From an uncultured Spirochaetaceae bacterium (GTDB taxonomy: Bacteria; Spirochaetota; Spirochaetia; DTKZ01): DNA of 64,000 nucleotides. The notes below the pieces were generated by a model, which ran no database searches, was not told where the DNA came from, and saw nothing but the letters and a program-made list of their open reading frames with translations. Positions 27,541-36,136 of this stretch are shown here, piece by piece. The stretch is from assembly GCA_964397655.1 (NCBI GenBank), contig CAYNKA010000003.1, positions 240,938 to 304,937 of the forward strand, given 5' to 3'. The translations under genes were made by a program, and so were the position numbers. Each line of letters begins with the position of its first letter. Position 1 is the stretch's first letter.

Positions 27541-27569
27541 GTCTTCGTCCGCCTTGCGCGGACGAAGAC
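27541..27569 (-). other. 12-bp perfect stem hairpin (GTCTTCGTCCGC cttgc GCGGACGAAGAC) between DUF5320 and the downstream nifX-like gene
   Basis: Exact inverted repeat with a 5-nt loop and no U-tract; candidate intercistronic mRNA structure. Confidence 0.5.
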
Positions 27570-27591
27570 ATGACAACCGGAAGCAAAGCCG

Positions 27592-27936
27592 TTATTTCTT
27601 CTCCGGCTCGGCTTTCCCCTCGAGGCGTTTACGGATCGCCGCGAGTTCGTTCTCGAGATATTCGGCCTGGGCCGTGAGAGCGGCCTTCTCGCGCTCAGGG
27701 TCCATTCCCGCGGCGGGATACGCCGCGGGAACTCCGAAAAAACCGAAACCCCGGCCGAAGCCCCTTCCGATCCCGAGGCCGCGCCCTGCTCCTCTTCCAC
27801 GGCCCCAGCCTGAACCCAGGCCCCGGCCGGCGATCGGGTTGGCGTACCCCGGCGCTCCGTAGCACGCACAAAAACCCGCGGCGCGTCCCGTCATCGGTCC
27901 GAATCCGTTCGGCCCGCTTCCATCTCCTCTCGGCAT
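27592..27936 (-). CDS. DUF5320-like small protein: Gly/Arg-rich N-terminus and coiled-coil C-terminus
   Basis: MPRGDGSGPNGFGPMTGRAAGFCACYGAPGY...GRGFGRGFG matches the family I recall co-occurring with NifX-like genes (assigned from memory). Confidence 0.6.
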   Translation of the reverse strand: MPRGDGSGPNGFGPMTGRAAGFCACYGAPGYANPIAGRGLGSGWGRGRGAGRGLGIGRGFGRGFGFFGVPAAYPAAGMDPEREKAALTAQAEYLENELAAIRKRLEGKAEPEKK

Positions 27937-27981
27937 ACATTTGCTCCTTCACAATCCGCCTCTTCCTGTTCGAGGCACGAG

Positions 27982-28374
27982 TCAACCATTTCTCCCGAAC
28001 CTTCCGTGCCCGGAGCCGCACCGGCATCTTCGTCCGGTTCGGGGGCACCCCGGTAGGGAGAACCTTTCGTCTTCGAGCCGGCCTTCGAGCCAGCCCCGAA
28101 GCACGTCTTCCACGGGCCCTGCGGTAAAGGCCCTCACTTCGATTCCGCAACGGGCGACCAGCGCGGCCGCTTCCCTGGAGATCGCCCCGCAGATCAGAAC
28201 CTTCACTCCGGCCTTCTCGAGGACCGCAGCCTTTGCGGCAGCTTCGGTTTTGGGAAGTCCCACGAACCGCCGCTCCCCGTACGCTCCGTTCCGAAGCTCC
28301 GTCAGCATGACCGTTCCGGCGTAGTCGAAGACGGGGGCGATTCGTTCGTTCCAGACGGTCAGTGCCAACAGCAT
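27982..28374 (-). CDS. Second NifX/NafY-like FeMo-cofactor-binding domain protein
   Basis: ERIAPVFDYAGTVMLTEL...KVLICGAISR. Start set at MLLALTV just downstream of the sigma-54 promoter; the ORF extends to 28473. Confidence 0.7.
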   Translation of the reverse strand: MLLALTVWNERIAPVFDYAGTVMLTELRNGAYGERRFVGLPKTEAAAKAAVLEKAGVKVLICGAISREAAALVARCGIEVRAFTAGPVEDVLRGWLEGRLEDERFSLPGCPRTGRRCRCGSGHGRFGRNG

Positions 28375-28386
28375 GTGTTCAAATGA

Positions 28387-28402
28387 GCATTTTCCATGCC
28401 AA
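28387..28402 (-). promoter_or_regulatory. Sigma-54 promoter TGGCAT-ggaaa-ATGCT about 13 nt upstream of the nifX-like start
   Basis: Reverse complement TGGCATGGAAAATGCT has the GG/GC dinucleotides correctly spaced. Same architecture as the promoter at 16489-16504. Confidence 0.55.
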
Positions 28403-28484
28403 GAATTTGCATCGTTTCGGGCCGTTTTTATCCGAATTATAGTCGCGGCTGTTGCCGTTGCCGTCGCGTTCACGCTCCGGTCTT

Positions 28485-28539
28485 CCGCCTACCGTCGCAG
28501 CCGCAGCGGGAGACGTCGCAGTTTCGCGACGGTAGGCGG
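28485..28539. promoter_or_regulatory. Inverted repeat with 14-bp perfect arms (CCGCCTACCGTCGC ... GCGACGGTAGGCGG), about 85-150 bp upstream of the sigma-54 promoter
   Basis: Exact arms with a 27-nt spacer containing a nested CGTCGC/GCGACG pair. Candidate bEBP upstream activating sequence and/or terminator of the activator gene. Confidence 0.45.
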
Positions 28540-28591
28540 CACTGCTCGAAAGAAAATATGCAGAGGACCCGGTCGTTGGGGAATCCGTTTC

Positions 28592-30130
28592 TCACCGGCC
28601 GGGGGCGGATCGGCCGTCCCGTTCGGGAAGTTCGATGCCGAGGGTTTTGATCTTTCGGTACAGGGTCGCCTTGTCGATGCCGAGGTCTCGCGCCGCCGCC
28701 GTCCGGTTCCAACCGCACCGTTCAAGGGCGCAAAGGACGAGCCGCCGCTCGGTTTCCCGCCTTTCCGCCTGCAGGGTCCGCTCCGTCGGCTCAGGGACGG
28801 AGGAAGCTGCTGTAGAGTCTTGCGCGCTATCCGCCCCGTCTTCTCCGCTGGGGACGGAGGTCCGGGCAGGGTCGCCAGCCGCCGCCGAAGCGGAGACTGC
28901 CATGCTCGTTTCCGGCGTGAGGACGGGGGCCAGAGCCGCGCCGCCCGCCGTCGGCGAGAGGGCTGCAGCGACTTCGGGAGAAAGGTCCGACAGCTCGGCC
29001 CGCCGGCCCTGCGAAAGCAGGACGAGCCGCTCCACGACGTTCTCGAGTTCGCGGATGTTTCCCGGCCAGGCGTAGGCGTAGAAGGCGGCGAGCACCTCCG
29101 GGGCGAACGTACGGACGTTCTTTCCCATGGTTCTGCGGAACTTTTCAAGAAACTGCTCGGCGAGACGGGGTATGTCCTCCTTCCTTTCGCGGAGCGGCGG
29201 CAGCGAGACCCTGACGACGTTTATTCGATAGTAGAGATCGCGGCGGAAGGTCCCCTTCTCGACCATCCCCGCGAGATCCCTGTTCGTGGCCGCGAGGACG
29301 CGGACGTCTGCCTTTTCCGGGCCGGTAGCGCCGAGGGGCTCGTACTCCCGCTCCTGGAGGACCCGGAGGAGCTTCACCTGCATGGCGGGGGAGACGTCGC
29401 CGATTTCGTCGAGGAAGAGGGTCCCGCCCTCGGCGAGTTCGAAGCGGCCGGGTTTGTTCCGGTCCGCCCCGGTGAAGGCGCCCTTCCTGTAACCGAAAAG
29501 CTCCGACTCGAGGAGCGTGTCGGGCAGGGCTCCGCAGTTCACGGCGACGAAGGGCCCCGAGGCCCTGGGCGAGCGGGCGTGGATCATCCTCGCGAGGACT
29601 TCCTTGCCCGTGCCGGTCTCGCCCTCGATGAGTACCGAGCTGGGGCCGTCGGCTACGGCGGGCAGAAGGTCAAGGATCCTCCGCATGGCAGGACTCCGGC
29701 TTTCCTCCTCGGGAAGACTCGACCGGACCGCGAGTTCCCGCTTGAGTTCCTCGATCTCCCGGAGGTCCCGAAAAGTCTCCGCCCCGCCCGTGATCCGCCC
29801 TTTCGCATCGAGGAGGAGGGCCGTGGAAACGCTCACGGGGATTCGGTTGCCCTTGAAGTCGATGATGCAGCCCTCCTTGTTCACGATCCGGCGGCCCGTT
29901 TTCAGAGTCCGCCGGAGGGGGCATTCGCTTTCGCACATATCCGCTTTGAACACTTCCCAGCAGAGCTTCCCCAGGGCGTCCTCTCTCCCGATCCCGAGGA
30001 TACGCTCAGCCGCCCTGTTGAATGAGGTGAGACGCCATTCGAGATCGACGGTGAAAACGCCGTCGGAAATGCTTTCGAGGATGCTGTTGGCTATGGAAGA
30101 CACGGTCTGTCGGCCAGTTTTTATGGGCAT
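28592..30130 (-). CDS. Sigma-54-dependent Fis-family transcriptional activator with N-terminal PAS domain
   Basis: PAS, then GETGTGKEVLARMIH...ESELFGY and GAFTGA, C-terminal AAARDLGIDKATLYRKIK HTH. Confidence 0.88.
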   Translation of the reverse strand: MPIKTGRQTVSSIANSILESISDGVFTVDLEWRLTSFNRAAERILGIGREDALGKLCWEVFKADMCESECPLRRTLKTGRRIVNKEGCIIDFKGNRIPVSVSTALLLDAKGRITGGAETFRDLREIEELKRELAVRSSLPEEESRSPAMRRILDLLPAVADGPSSVLIEGETGTGKEVLARMIHARSPRASGPFVAVNCGALPDTLLESELFGYRKGAFTGADRNKPGRFELAEGGTLFLDEIGDVSPAMQVKLLRVLQEREYEPLGATGPEKADVRVLAATNRDLAGMVEKGTFRRDLYYRINVVRVSLPPLRERKEDIPRLAEQFLEKFRRTMGKNVRTFAPEVLAAFYAYAWPGNIRELENVVERLVLLSQGRRAELSDLSPEVAAALSPTAGGAALAPVLTPETSMAVSASAAAGDPARTSVPSGEDGADSAQDSTAASSVPEPTERTLQAERRETERRLVLCALERCGWNRTAAARDLGIDKATLYRKIKTLGIELPERDGRSAPGR

Positions 30131-30206
30131 ATGCTCATAATACCGCTCGAACCTGCCGCTGTCAACAAAGGCCTGTACGCTCCGACCGGAGCGCCGAACG
30201 GCCGGA

Positions 30207-30971
30207 TCAGTACGGCCAGGCCGGACGGCTGAACAGGCCTCCGTCCACGAAGAGCGTCTGTCCGGTGACGAACTCCGAGTCGGGGCCGGCGAAGAAGGCT
30301 ACCGCCCGCCCTACGTCCTCCGGCCTGCCTATCCTTCCCAGGGGCGTGAGCTTGGACCAGGTGCCGGCGTAGTCGCCCGCCTCGAGCTTCGTGCGCTCGA
30401 TCTCGACCGCGCCGGGGGCCACGCAGTTCACCCTGATTCGGTAGCGGCCAAGCTCGACCGCGGCCGCCTTGGTGAACTGCTCGATCCCGCCCTTGCTCGC
30501 CGTGTAGCTCGCGAGGTTCGGAAAGGCCCATTTGTTCGAGCCCGACCCGACGTTGACGATGCTCCCGCCCCGCTCCTTCATGAGGAGGGCGGCCCGCTTC
30601 GTGCAGAGGAAGCAGCCCTTGAGGTTCGTCGCGATCACCCGGTCCCACTCGGCCTCTTCAAGGTCGAGGAGGTGCCTCCAAGTCTGGACGCCCGCGTTGT
30701 TGACGAGAACGTCGAGACCGCCGAATTCGCGCGACACCTTCTCGAACATGGCGTCCGCCTCGGCGGCATCGCCCACATCCGCGCGCACGGCGAAGGCCCT
30801 CCCCGGCATTTCCACGATCTCCTTCACCGTCGCTTCAGCGCCCTCTTTGTCCGTGCGATAGTTCACCGCGACGGCGCAGCCCCGGCGAGCGAGTTCCAGC
30901 GCGATCCCCCTGCCCACTCCCTTGCTCGCGCCGGTCACGAGCGCGGTCTTTCCGCGAAGCGATCCGTTCAT
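30207..30971 (-). CDS. SDR family short-chain dehydrogenase/reductase
   Basis: TGASKGVGRGIA Rossmann motif, NNAG, catalytic Y-x3-K (YTASKGG). Confidence 0.88.
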   Translation of the reverse strand: MNGSLRGKTALVTGASKGVGRGIALELARRGCAVAVNYRTDKEGAEATVKEIVEMPGRAFAVRADVGDAAEADAMFEKVSREFGGLDVLVNNAGVQTWRHLLDLEEAEWDRVIATNLKGCFLCTKRAALLMKERGGSIVNVGSGSNKWAFPNLASYTASKGGIEQFTKAAAVELGRYRIRVNCVAPGAVEIERTKLEAGDYAGTWSKLTPLGRIGRPEDVGRAVAFFAGPDSEFVTGQTLFVDGGLFSRPAWPY

Positions 30972-31025
30972 AGCTCAACTATCGCCGAAAGAGGGCTCGT
31001 CGCGCAATTCCCGGACTTGACATAA

Positions 31026-31064
31026 TGTACTATTACATTTACCATTGTACTATATGAATAGTAC
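31026..31064. promoter_or_regulatory. Candidate GntR operator: GTACTAT-atga-ATAGTAC perfect inverted repeat spanning the gntR start codon (31047-31064), plus a direct TGTACTAT copy at 31026-31033. TTGACA at 31017-31022.
   Basis: Exact palindrome in the divergent SDR/GntR intergenic region. Typical autoregulatory layout for GntR/YtrA-type regulators. Confidence 0.5.
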
Positions 31065-31455
31065 AAAAGCGGATCGGGAAATAACATTCACCTTGGACGC
31101 CGCGAGCGGAGTCCCGTTCTACCGCCAGATCATCAGGCAGATCGAAATCGCCGTCATCGCGAAACGCCTCGCGCCGGGCGACCGCCTGCCGACGATCCGC
31201 GCCCTCGCCGTCGAGCTCAAGATAAACCCCAACACGATCGCCAAGGCGTACAACGAACTCGAAATACGCGGCCTCGTCACGACCCAGGTCGGCAGCGGCA
31301 CATTCATATCGGAAAAGCGGCCGGAAGACGAGGACGGCGAGCGGGACCGGAAAATAGCCGAGACCGTGGCCCGCTTCGTGCGGGAGATGAAGGCGCTCGG
31401 ATCGGACCGGGCGGAGGCCCTCGAACTCGTTCGGAATTTCAAGGAGGAGGATTAG
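31054..31455 (+). CDS. GntR family transcriptional regulator (short, YtrA-like)
   Basis: Winged HTH PTIRALAVELKINPNTIAKAYNELEIRGLV. ATG 31054; a TTG-initiated frame begins at 31045. Confidence 0.8.
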   Translation: MNSTKADREITFTLDAASGVPFYRQIIRQIEIAVIAKRLAPGDRLPTIRALAVELKINPNTIAKAYNELEIRGLVTTQVGSGTFISEKRPEDEDGERDRKIAETVARFVREMKALGSDRAEALELVRNFKEED

Positions 31456-31457
31456 CG

Positions 31458-32543
31458 ATGTGGTTCGGGAAAAAAGAGGCGGGAATCCCGCTCATCAAGA
31501 ACGTCGGGAAACCCGGACGCCGGAGGGACTTCGCGCTTTCCGCCGCGGGGATCGGCGTCCTCGCGGTCCTGGTCGGCTTCGGCATCGCTGCGAGGCTCCT
31601 CGCGGGGAAGGCACCGGGGGCGGCCGATTTCGGTGCGCTCGTCGCGGCGCCGGCCGCGGCCGTGGGGATCATGAGCCTCTTCCCCCGCTGGACGGCGGCG
31701 GCGAAGCTCCTCATCCTCGCCGCGGTCGCGGCGGCGGCCTGGAAGACAGGGGAAGCGGGCCTCGCCTTCGGGTTCGCGGCGGCAGGGATACTCGCGGCTC
31801 CGGCGGTTCAGAAGCTCGAGGAATGGGAGCGGGCGATCGTGCTCCGCTTCGGAAAATTCCGCAAGGTTCGCGGCCCGGGCCTCTTTCTCCTCTTTCCCTT
31901 CGCGGACCGCGTCGCGAGGACCGTGGACCTTCGCATCAGGGTGACGGACTTCGCCGCCGAGACGACCCTCACCCGCGACTCCGTGACGGTCACGGTCGAC
32001 GCCCTCTGCTTCTGGGTGGTCTGGGACGCGGAGAAGGCGGTCCTGGAAGTCCAGAACTACGAGGAGGCCGTCGTCCTTTCCTCGAAGACCGCCCTCCGCA
32101 ACCAGGTGAGCATGAACGACCTCTCGGTCTTCCTGGAACGGGGCGACGAGATCGAGGAGAAAATACGGGACGAGGTGGACAAGAAGACGACCGAATGGGG
32201 CATCACCGTCCAGCACATCGAGATCACCGACATCCAGATCCCCGAGGGGCTCCAGGACTCCCTGAGCCGCCTCGCCCAGGCCGAGCGGGAAAAGAAGGGA
32301 AGGATACTTCTCGCAGAGGCGGAGATCGAGATCGCCCGGAAGTTGGAGGAGGCGGCGAGGATCTACGCCTCGAACGAGACCGCGATGAAGCTCAAGAGCC
32401 TGTCCATCCTGAACGAGGGCCTCAAGGCCGGAAGCTCCATGATGCTCGTCCCGAACGAAATCGCGGAGGAACTCAAGTCGCGGGACGTCTTCGGACTCCA
32501 GGCCCTGAACGAGACGAAGCGCGCGAAGGAGGAGAAGGGATGA
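31458..32543 (+). CDS. SPFH/band-7 (stomatin-like) membrane protein
   Basis: N-terminal TM helices, then EWERAIVLRFGKFRKVRGPGLFLLFPFADRV...VDLR SPFH core and a coiled-coil tail. Confidence 0.85.
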   Translation: MWFGKKEAGIPLIKNVGKPGRRRDFALSAAGIGVLAVLVGFGIAARLLAGKAPGAADFGALVAAPAAAVGIMSLFPRWTAAAKLLILAAVAAAAWKTGEAGLAFGFAAAGILAAPAVQKLEEWERAIVLRFGKFRKVRGPGLFLLFPFADRVARTVDLRIRVTDFAAETTLTRDSVTVTVDALCFWVVWDAEKAVLEVQNYEEAVVLSSKTALRNQVSMNDLSVFLERGDEIEEKIRDEVDKKTTEWGITVQHIEITDIQIPEGLQDSLSRLAQAEREKKGRILLAEAEIEIARKLEEAARIYASNETAMKLKSLSILNEGLKAGSSMMLVPNEIAEELKSRDVFGLQALNETKRAKEEKG

Positions 32544-33265
32544 CGGCTGTCAAGACCGAGAATCTCTCAAAGGACTACGAGACGAACGGGATCGCCGTAC
32601 GCGCGCTCCGGGGCGTGAGCCTCTCCTTCGAAAGCGGGGAGTTCGCAGCCGTCGCGGGCCCCTCGGGAAGCGGAAAGTCGACCCTCCTCCACCTCATGGG
32701 CTGCCTGGACAAGCCGACCGCCGGAAGCGTCTCCTTGGAAGGAACCGACGTGGCGGGACTCACGAAAAAGGAGCTCGCCCTGCTCCGGCGGGAGAAGATC
32801 GGCTTCGTCTTCCAGGCCTACAACCTCATCCCGGTCCTCACGGCATTGGAGAACGTCGCCTTCCCTCTCGTGCTCCTCGGAATGGGCGGCACCGAGGCCA
32901 GGCACCGGGGGCTCGCCGTCCTCGACATGGTGGGGCTCGCGGGCCTCGAATACCGCAGGCCCAAGGAGATGTCGGGCGGCCAGCAGCAGCGGGTCGCAGT
33001 CGCGCGGGCCCTCGTGAAGAAGCCCCTCCTCGTTCTCGCGGACGAGCCGACGGCGAACCTCGACTCCAAGACCGGCCGCGAGATCCTCGATCTCATGCTC
33101 GGCCTGAACCGGAACGAGGGCACCACCTTCATCTTCTCCACGCACGACGCCATGGTGATGGACTACGCCAGGAGGCTCGTCAAGCTCAAGGACGGCTGCG
33201 TGGAAGACGAAGTCCGCCGGGACGGCGGCGAGGTCCGCCGGGACGGCGACGAGGTCCGCCGATGA
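32540..33265 (+). CDS. ABC transporter ATP-binding protein (LolD/MacB-type)
   Basis: Walker A GPSGSGKST, signature LSGGQQQRVAVARAL, Walker B LLVLADEPT. ATGA overlap with the SPFH gene. The C-terminus carries a tandem heptad repeat. Confidence 0.9.
   Translation: MTAVKTENLSKDYETNGIAVRALRGVSLSFESGEFAAVAGPSGSGKSTLLHLMGCLDKPTAGSVSLEGTDVAGLTKKELALLRREKIGFVFQAYNLIPVLTALENVAFPLVLLGMGGTEARHRGLAVLDMVGLAGLEYRRPKEMSGGQQQRVAVARALVKKPLLVLADEPTANLDSKTGREILDLMLGLNRNEGTTFIFSTHDAMVMDYARRLVKLKDGCVEDEVRRDGGEVRRDGDEVRR
33207..33263 (+). repeat. Tandem 21-nt repeat (about 2.7 copies) encoding DEVRRDG-GEVRRDG-DEVRR at the C-terminus of the ABC ATPase
   Basis: gacgaagtccgccgggacggc / ggcgaggtccgccgggacggc / gacgaggtccgccga. 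Confidence 0.8.
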
Positions 33266-34812
33266 ACGGCGCCGCCTTCCGGGACCTCGCGGCCATGGCC
33301 TTCCGCAACCTCGGCCGCCACCGCGTGAAGACCGTGATCACGACGACGGCGGTCGCGATGAGCGTCGCCCTCTACATCTTCATGGACGCCTGGCTCCTCG
33401 GCATGAACCTCGATTCCAAGCGCAACATCGTCTCCTACGAGATCGGCGCGGCGAAGCTCCAGACGAGGGCCTACTTCGAGAAGAAGGACGAGCTTCCGAT
33501 GTACGAGAGCTTTCCGGGCTGGGAGAAGTACGCGGCCGCCCTCGGGGAGGCGGGCTACGCCTCCGCCCCGCGCTTCGTCTTCGCCGGGACCCTGTATTCA
33601 CGCGCCGGTTCGGCACCCATGGTCTTCAACGCGATCGACCCCGCGAGGGAGGCCCGCCTCCTCCGCTACCCGTCCTACATCGAGGCCGGACGCTTCCCCC
33701 GGCCCGGCCGCCGGGAAATCGCGGTGGGGACCATGGCGGCGGACAAGCTCCGCCTCGGCATCCCGTTCAGGACGACGCGGAAGGACTTCGAGGAGGACCT
33801 CCTCGCCTCGGTCTCGAACGACGACGACCGGGCCTTCGTCGCGGGACTGTACGTCCCGGCGGACGGCAAGGACGACCGGCCCTTCGCGGTAAAGCGAGAG
33901 GGGCCGGCCGAGGAGAGACTCGCCCTCAGGAAGGACCTCGCCGCCGCCGACAGGGAGAGGCTCTGGAACATCCTCGCGGCCTCCGGGAGGATGGACGTGC
34001 GGATCTCCGTGGTGATCGACGTGAAGACCGAGACGGGAAGGATCCGGCACGTGAACCAGCTCGTCGACGCGGTCGTCGCGGGAGTGGTCAACTCGCCGAA
34101 TCCCAAGACGAACGGGAACGTCGCCTACCTTCCCCTGGACGACCTGCAGGACGACACCGGTCTCATGCTCGAAGGCCGCGTCACCGAACTCCTCGTCCGA
34201 GCGGCCGGCGCCGACGACTCTTCCCTGCCGGGAAAGAAGGAGACCCCCGGGACGATTCGGAAGGCCCTCGAGGCCCGCCTCGCCGCTCGGGGAACGGCCC
34301 TGCCCGCGGACATCGAGGTGAGGAGTTGGCGGGACTACGCCGCGGACTACCTCGCCGCTTCGGCCGGGGACAACGTCTCCTCCCGCGTCATGATCGGCTT
34401 CCTCTTCGTGCTCTCGTTCATCGGCATCGCGAACACCATGCTCATGGCCGTCCTGGAGCGGACCAAGGAGACGGGCATGCTCCGCGCCCTCGGCATGACC
34501 GACGGCGAAGTCCTCCTCGTCTACGTGCTCGAGGCCGCCTGCATCGGAGCTCTCGGGGCGGCGATCGGCATGGTCCTGGGCAGCATCGCCAACATCCCCA
34601 TGGTGATCCACGGGATCGACTACTCCGCCATGTCCGAGGAGATGGGAGGGGACTACGGCTACCGCATCACGGCCTACTTCCGCTCGGCCTGGAACCCACT
34701 CGTCATCGTCCTCACCGGAGCCGCGGCCGTCCTCGTCTCGGCGGCCTCGGCCGTGCTCCCGACCCTCCGGGCCCTCAGGCTGCCCGTCACCGAAAGCCTC
34801 AGGTTCGAGTAG
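33262..34812 (+). CDS. ABC transporter permease, FtsX-like (MacB/LolC/E type) with a large periplasmic domain
   Basis: Single N-terminal TM helix, periplasmic domain, then a C-terminal 3-TM FtsX module. Confidence 0.8.
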   Translation: MNGAAFRDLAAMAFRNLGRHRVKTVITTTAVAMSVALYIFMDAWLLGMNLDSKRNIVSYEIGAAKLQTRAYFEKKDELPMYESFPGWEKYAAALGEAGYASAPRFVFAGTLYSRAGSAPMVFNAIDPAREARLLRYPSYIEAGRFPRPGRREIAVGTMAADKLRLGIPFRTTRKDFEEDLLASVSNDDDRAFVAGLYVPADGKDDRPFAVKREGPAEERLALRKDLAAADRERLWNILAASGRMDVRISVVIDVKTETGRIRHVNQLVDAVVAGVVNSPNPKTNGNVAYLPLDDLQDDTGLMLEGRVTELLVRAAGADDSSLPGKKETPGTIRKALEARLAARGTALPADIEVRSWRDYAADYLAASAGDNVSSRVMIGFLFVLSFIGIANTMLMAVLERTKETGMLRALGMTDGEVLLVYVLEAACIGALGAAIGMVLGSIANIPMVIHGIDYSAMSEEMGGDYGYRITAYFRSAWNPLVIVLTGAAAVLVSAASAVLPTLRALRLPVTESLRFE

Positions 34813-34821
34813 GAGAGAACC

Positions 34822-36096
34822 ATGTTCGAAGCGCCGAACAGAGCAGCCGGCCCCCTCGCCCTCCTCGCCGTCGCCCGGCGGAACGTCGGGAGGAACCGGC
34901 GGAGGACCGTCCTCTGCGTATCCGCCGTCGCGGTCGCGGTCTTCTTCAACATCTTCATGCAGGCCTGGATCGAGGGGATGACCGAAGGCATCGAGGAGGT
35001 CGTCAGGACCTACGAGACCGGCCACCTCGCCGCCTCCTCGGACCTCTACGAGAAGGACCGCGAGTACCTGCCGGTCCAGTACCCGGTCGCCGAGGGGCGG
35101 AGCGCCGCCGGTCTCGTCAGGGAAATCGAGGCCCTGCCCGGCGTGAAGGCCGCCCTTCCCCGGATCATGACCTACGCGTCCCTCTTCGACAGCACGGTGA
35201 AGCACGCCTTCCTCTGGGGCATCGACGTCGAGAAGGAACTCCGGCTGAACTTCTTCAATCTGACGAAGAGGAACGACGGCCTCGTTCAGGGCCGCTACCC
35301 GGCGAAGGGGGCGAACGAGTGCGCTATCGGTTCCGCCCTCGCGAGGAGGACGGGCCTCGGGCTGAACGACGAACTTCCGCTCAAGACGGTCTCGGCCCAG
35401 TTCTCGGACAAGTACTGGAGCCCGAAAATAGTAGGCATCTTCGAATTCGACTATCGCCGTTTCGACGAGGACGTCGCGATCGTCTCCATAGACCGCCTCG
35501 CCCGCATCCTCGTCCTGGACGACGCGGTCCAGAGGCTCGTCGTCTACCTCGATCGGGGCGGCAAGGCGGCGGAATTCAAGGAAGCAGTCGCCCGCATCCT
35601 CGGGCCGGGAAACACCGTGAAGGTCTGGACCGACAACTACTGGGTCGCCATCCTCAGGCGCATGTCCTTCCTGTACGACGTCATTTTCGGCGTCTTCCAG
35701 GTCGTCGCGAGCTTCCTCATCATCAACACCGTCCTCATGGTGATCCACGAACGGATCAAGGAAATCGGCATGATGGGCGCCCTCGGCATGACGAGGACCG
35801 AGATCACGGCTGTCTTCTTCCTCGAGGCGGTTTTCTTGAGCCTTCTCGGAGCGGCGGCCGGAGTCCTCGTCGGAGGGATCGCGACCTACGCGGGCTCGCT
35901 CTTCCCGCTCGACCTCGAGCTCTTCACCGGCGGAGGCATGAAGGAGATGCCGATGTCCGGCACCATCTTCATCAAGTTCTCGCTCCGGATCCTCGGCCGG
36001 GGCTTCCTCTTCGGCGTCGTCGTCTCGGCGCTCTGCACCCTGATTCCCTCGCTCAAGAGCGCCTTCGTGGAGCCCGTGGAGGCCCTCAGAAGGTGA
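34822..36096 (+). CDS. Second FtsX-like ABC transporter permease
   Basis: Same architecture as the preceding permease. Confidence 0.8.
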   Translation: MFEAPNRAAGPLALLAVARRNVGRNRRRTVLCVSAVAVAVFFNIFMQAWIEGMTEGIEEVVRTYETGHLAASSDLYEKDREYLPVQYPVAEGRSAAGLVREIEALPGVKAALPRIMTYASLFDSTVKHAFLWGIDVEKELRLNFFNLTKRNDGLVQGRYPAKGANECAIGSALARRTGLGLNDELPLKTVSAQFSDKYWSPKIVGIFEFDYRRFDEDVAIVSIDRLARILVLDDAVQRLVVYLDRGGKAAEFKEAVARILGPGNTVKVWTDNYWVAILRRMSFLYDVIFGVFQVVASFLIINTVLMVIHERIKEIGMMGALGMTRTEITAVFFLEAVFLSLLGAAAGVLVGGIATYAGSLFPLDLELFTGGGMKEMPMSGTIFIKFSLRILGRGFLFGVVVSALCTLIPSLKSAFVEPVEALRR

Positions 36097-36136
36097 CGGA
36101 ACCGGGCCCGGACGCCGGGCCTCAAGGAGGTCGATC

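Noticed and set aside
27510-27869. Gly/Arg/Pro-rich ORFs 27510-27869(-) and 27512-27862(+) overlapping DUF5320
   Set aside because: They are alternative frames of the low-complexity Gly/Arg-rich region of the DUF5320 gene; only the DUF5320 frame has the conserved MPRGDG N-terminus and coiled-coil tail.
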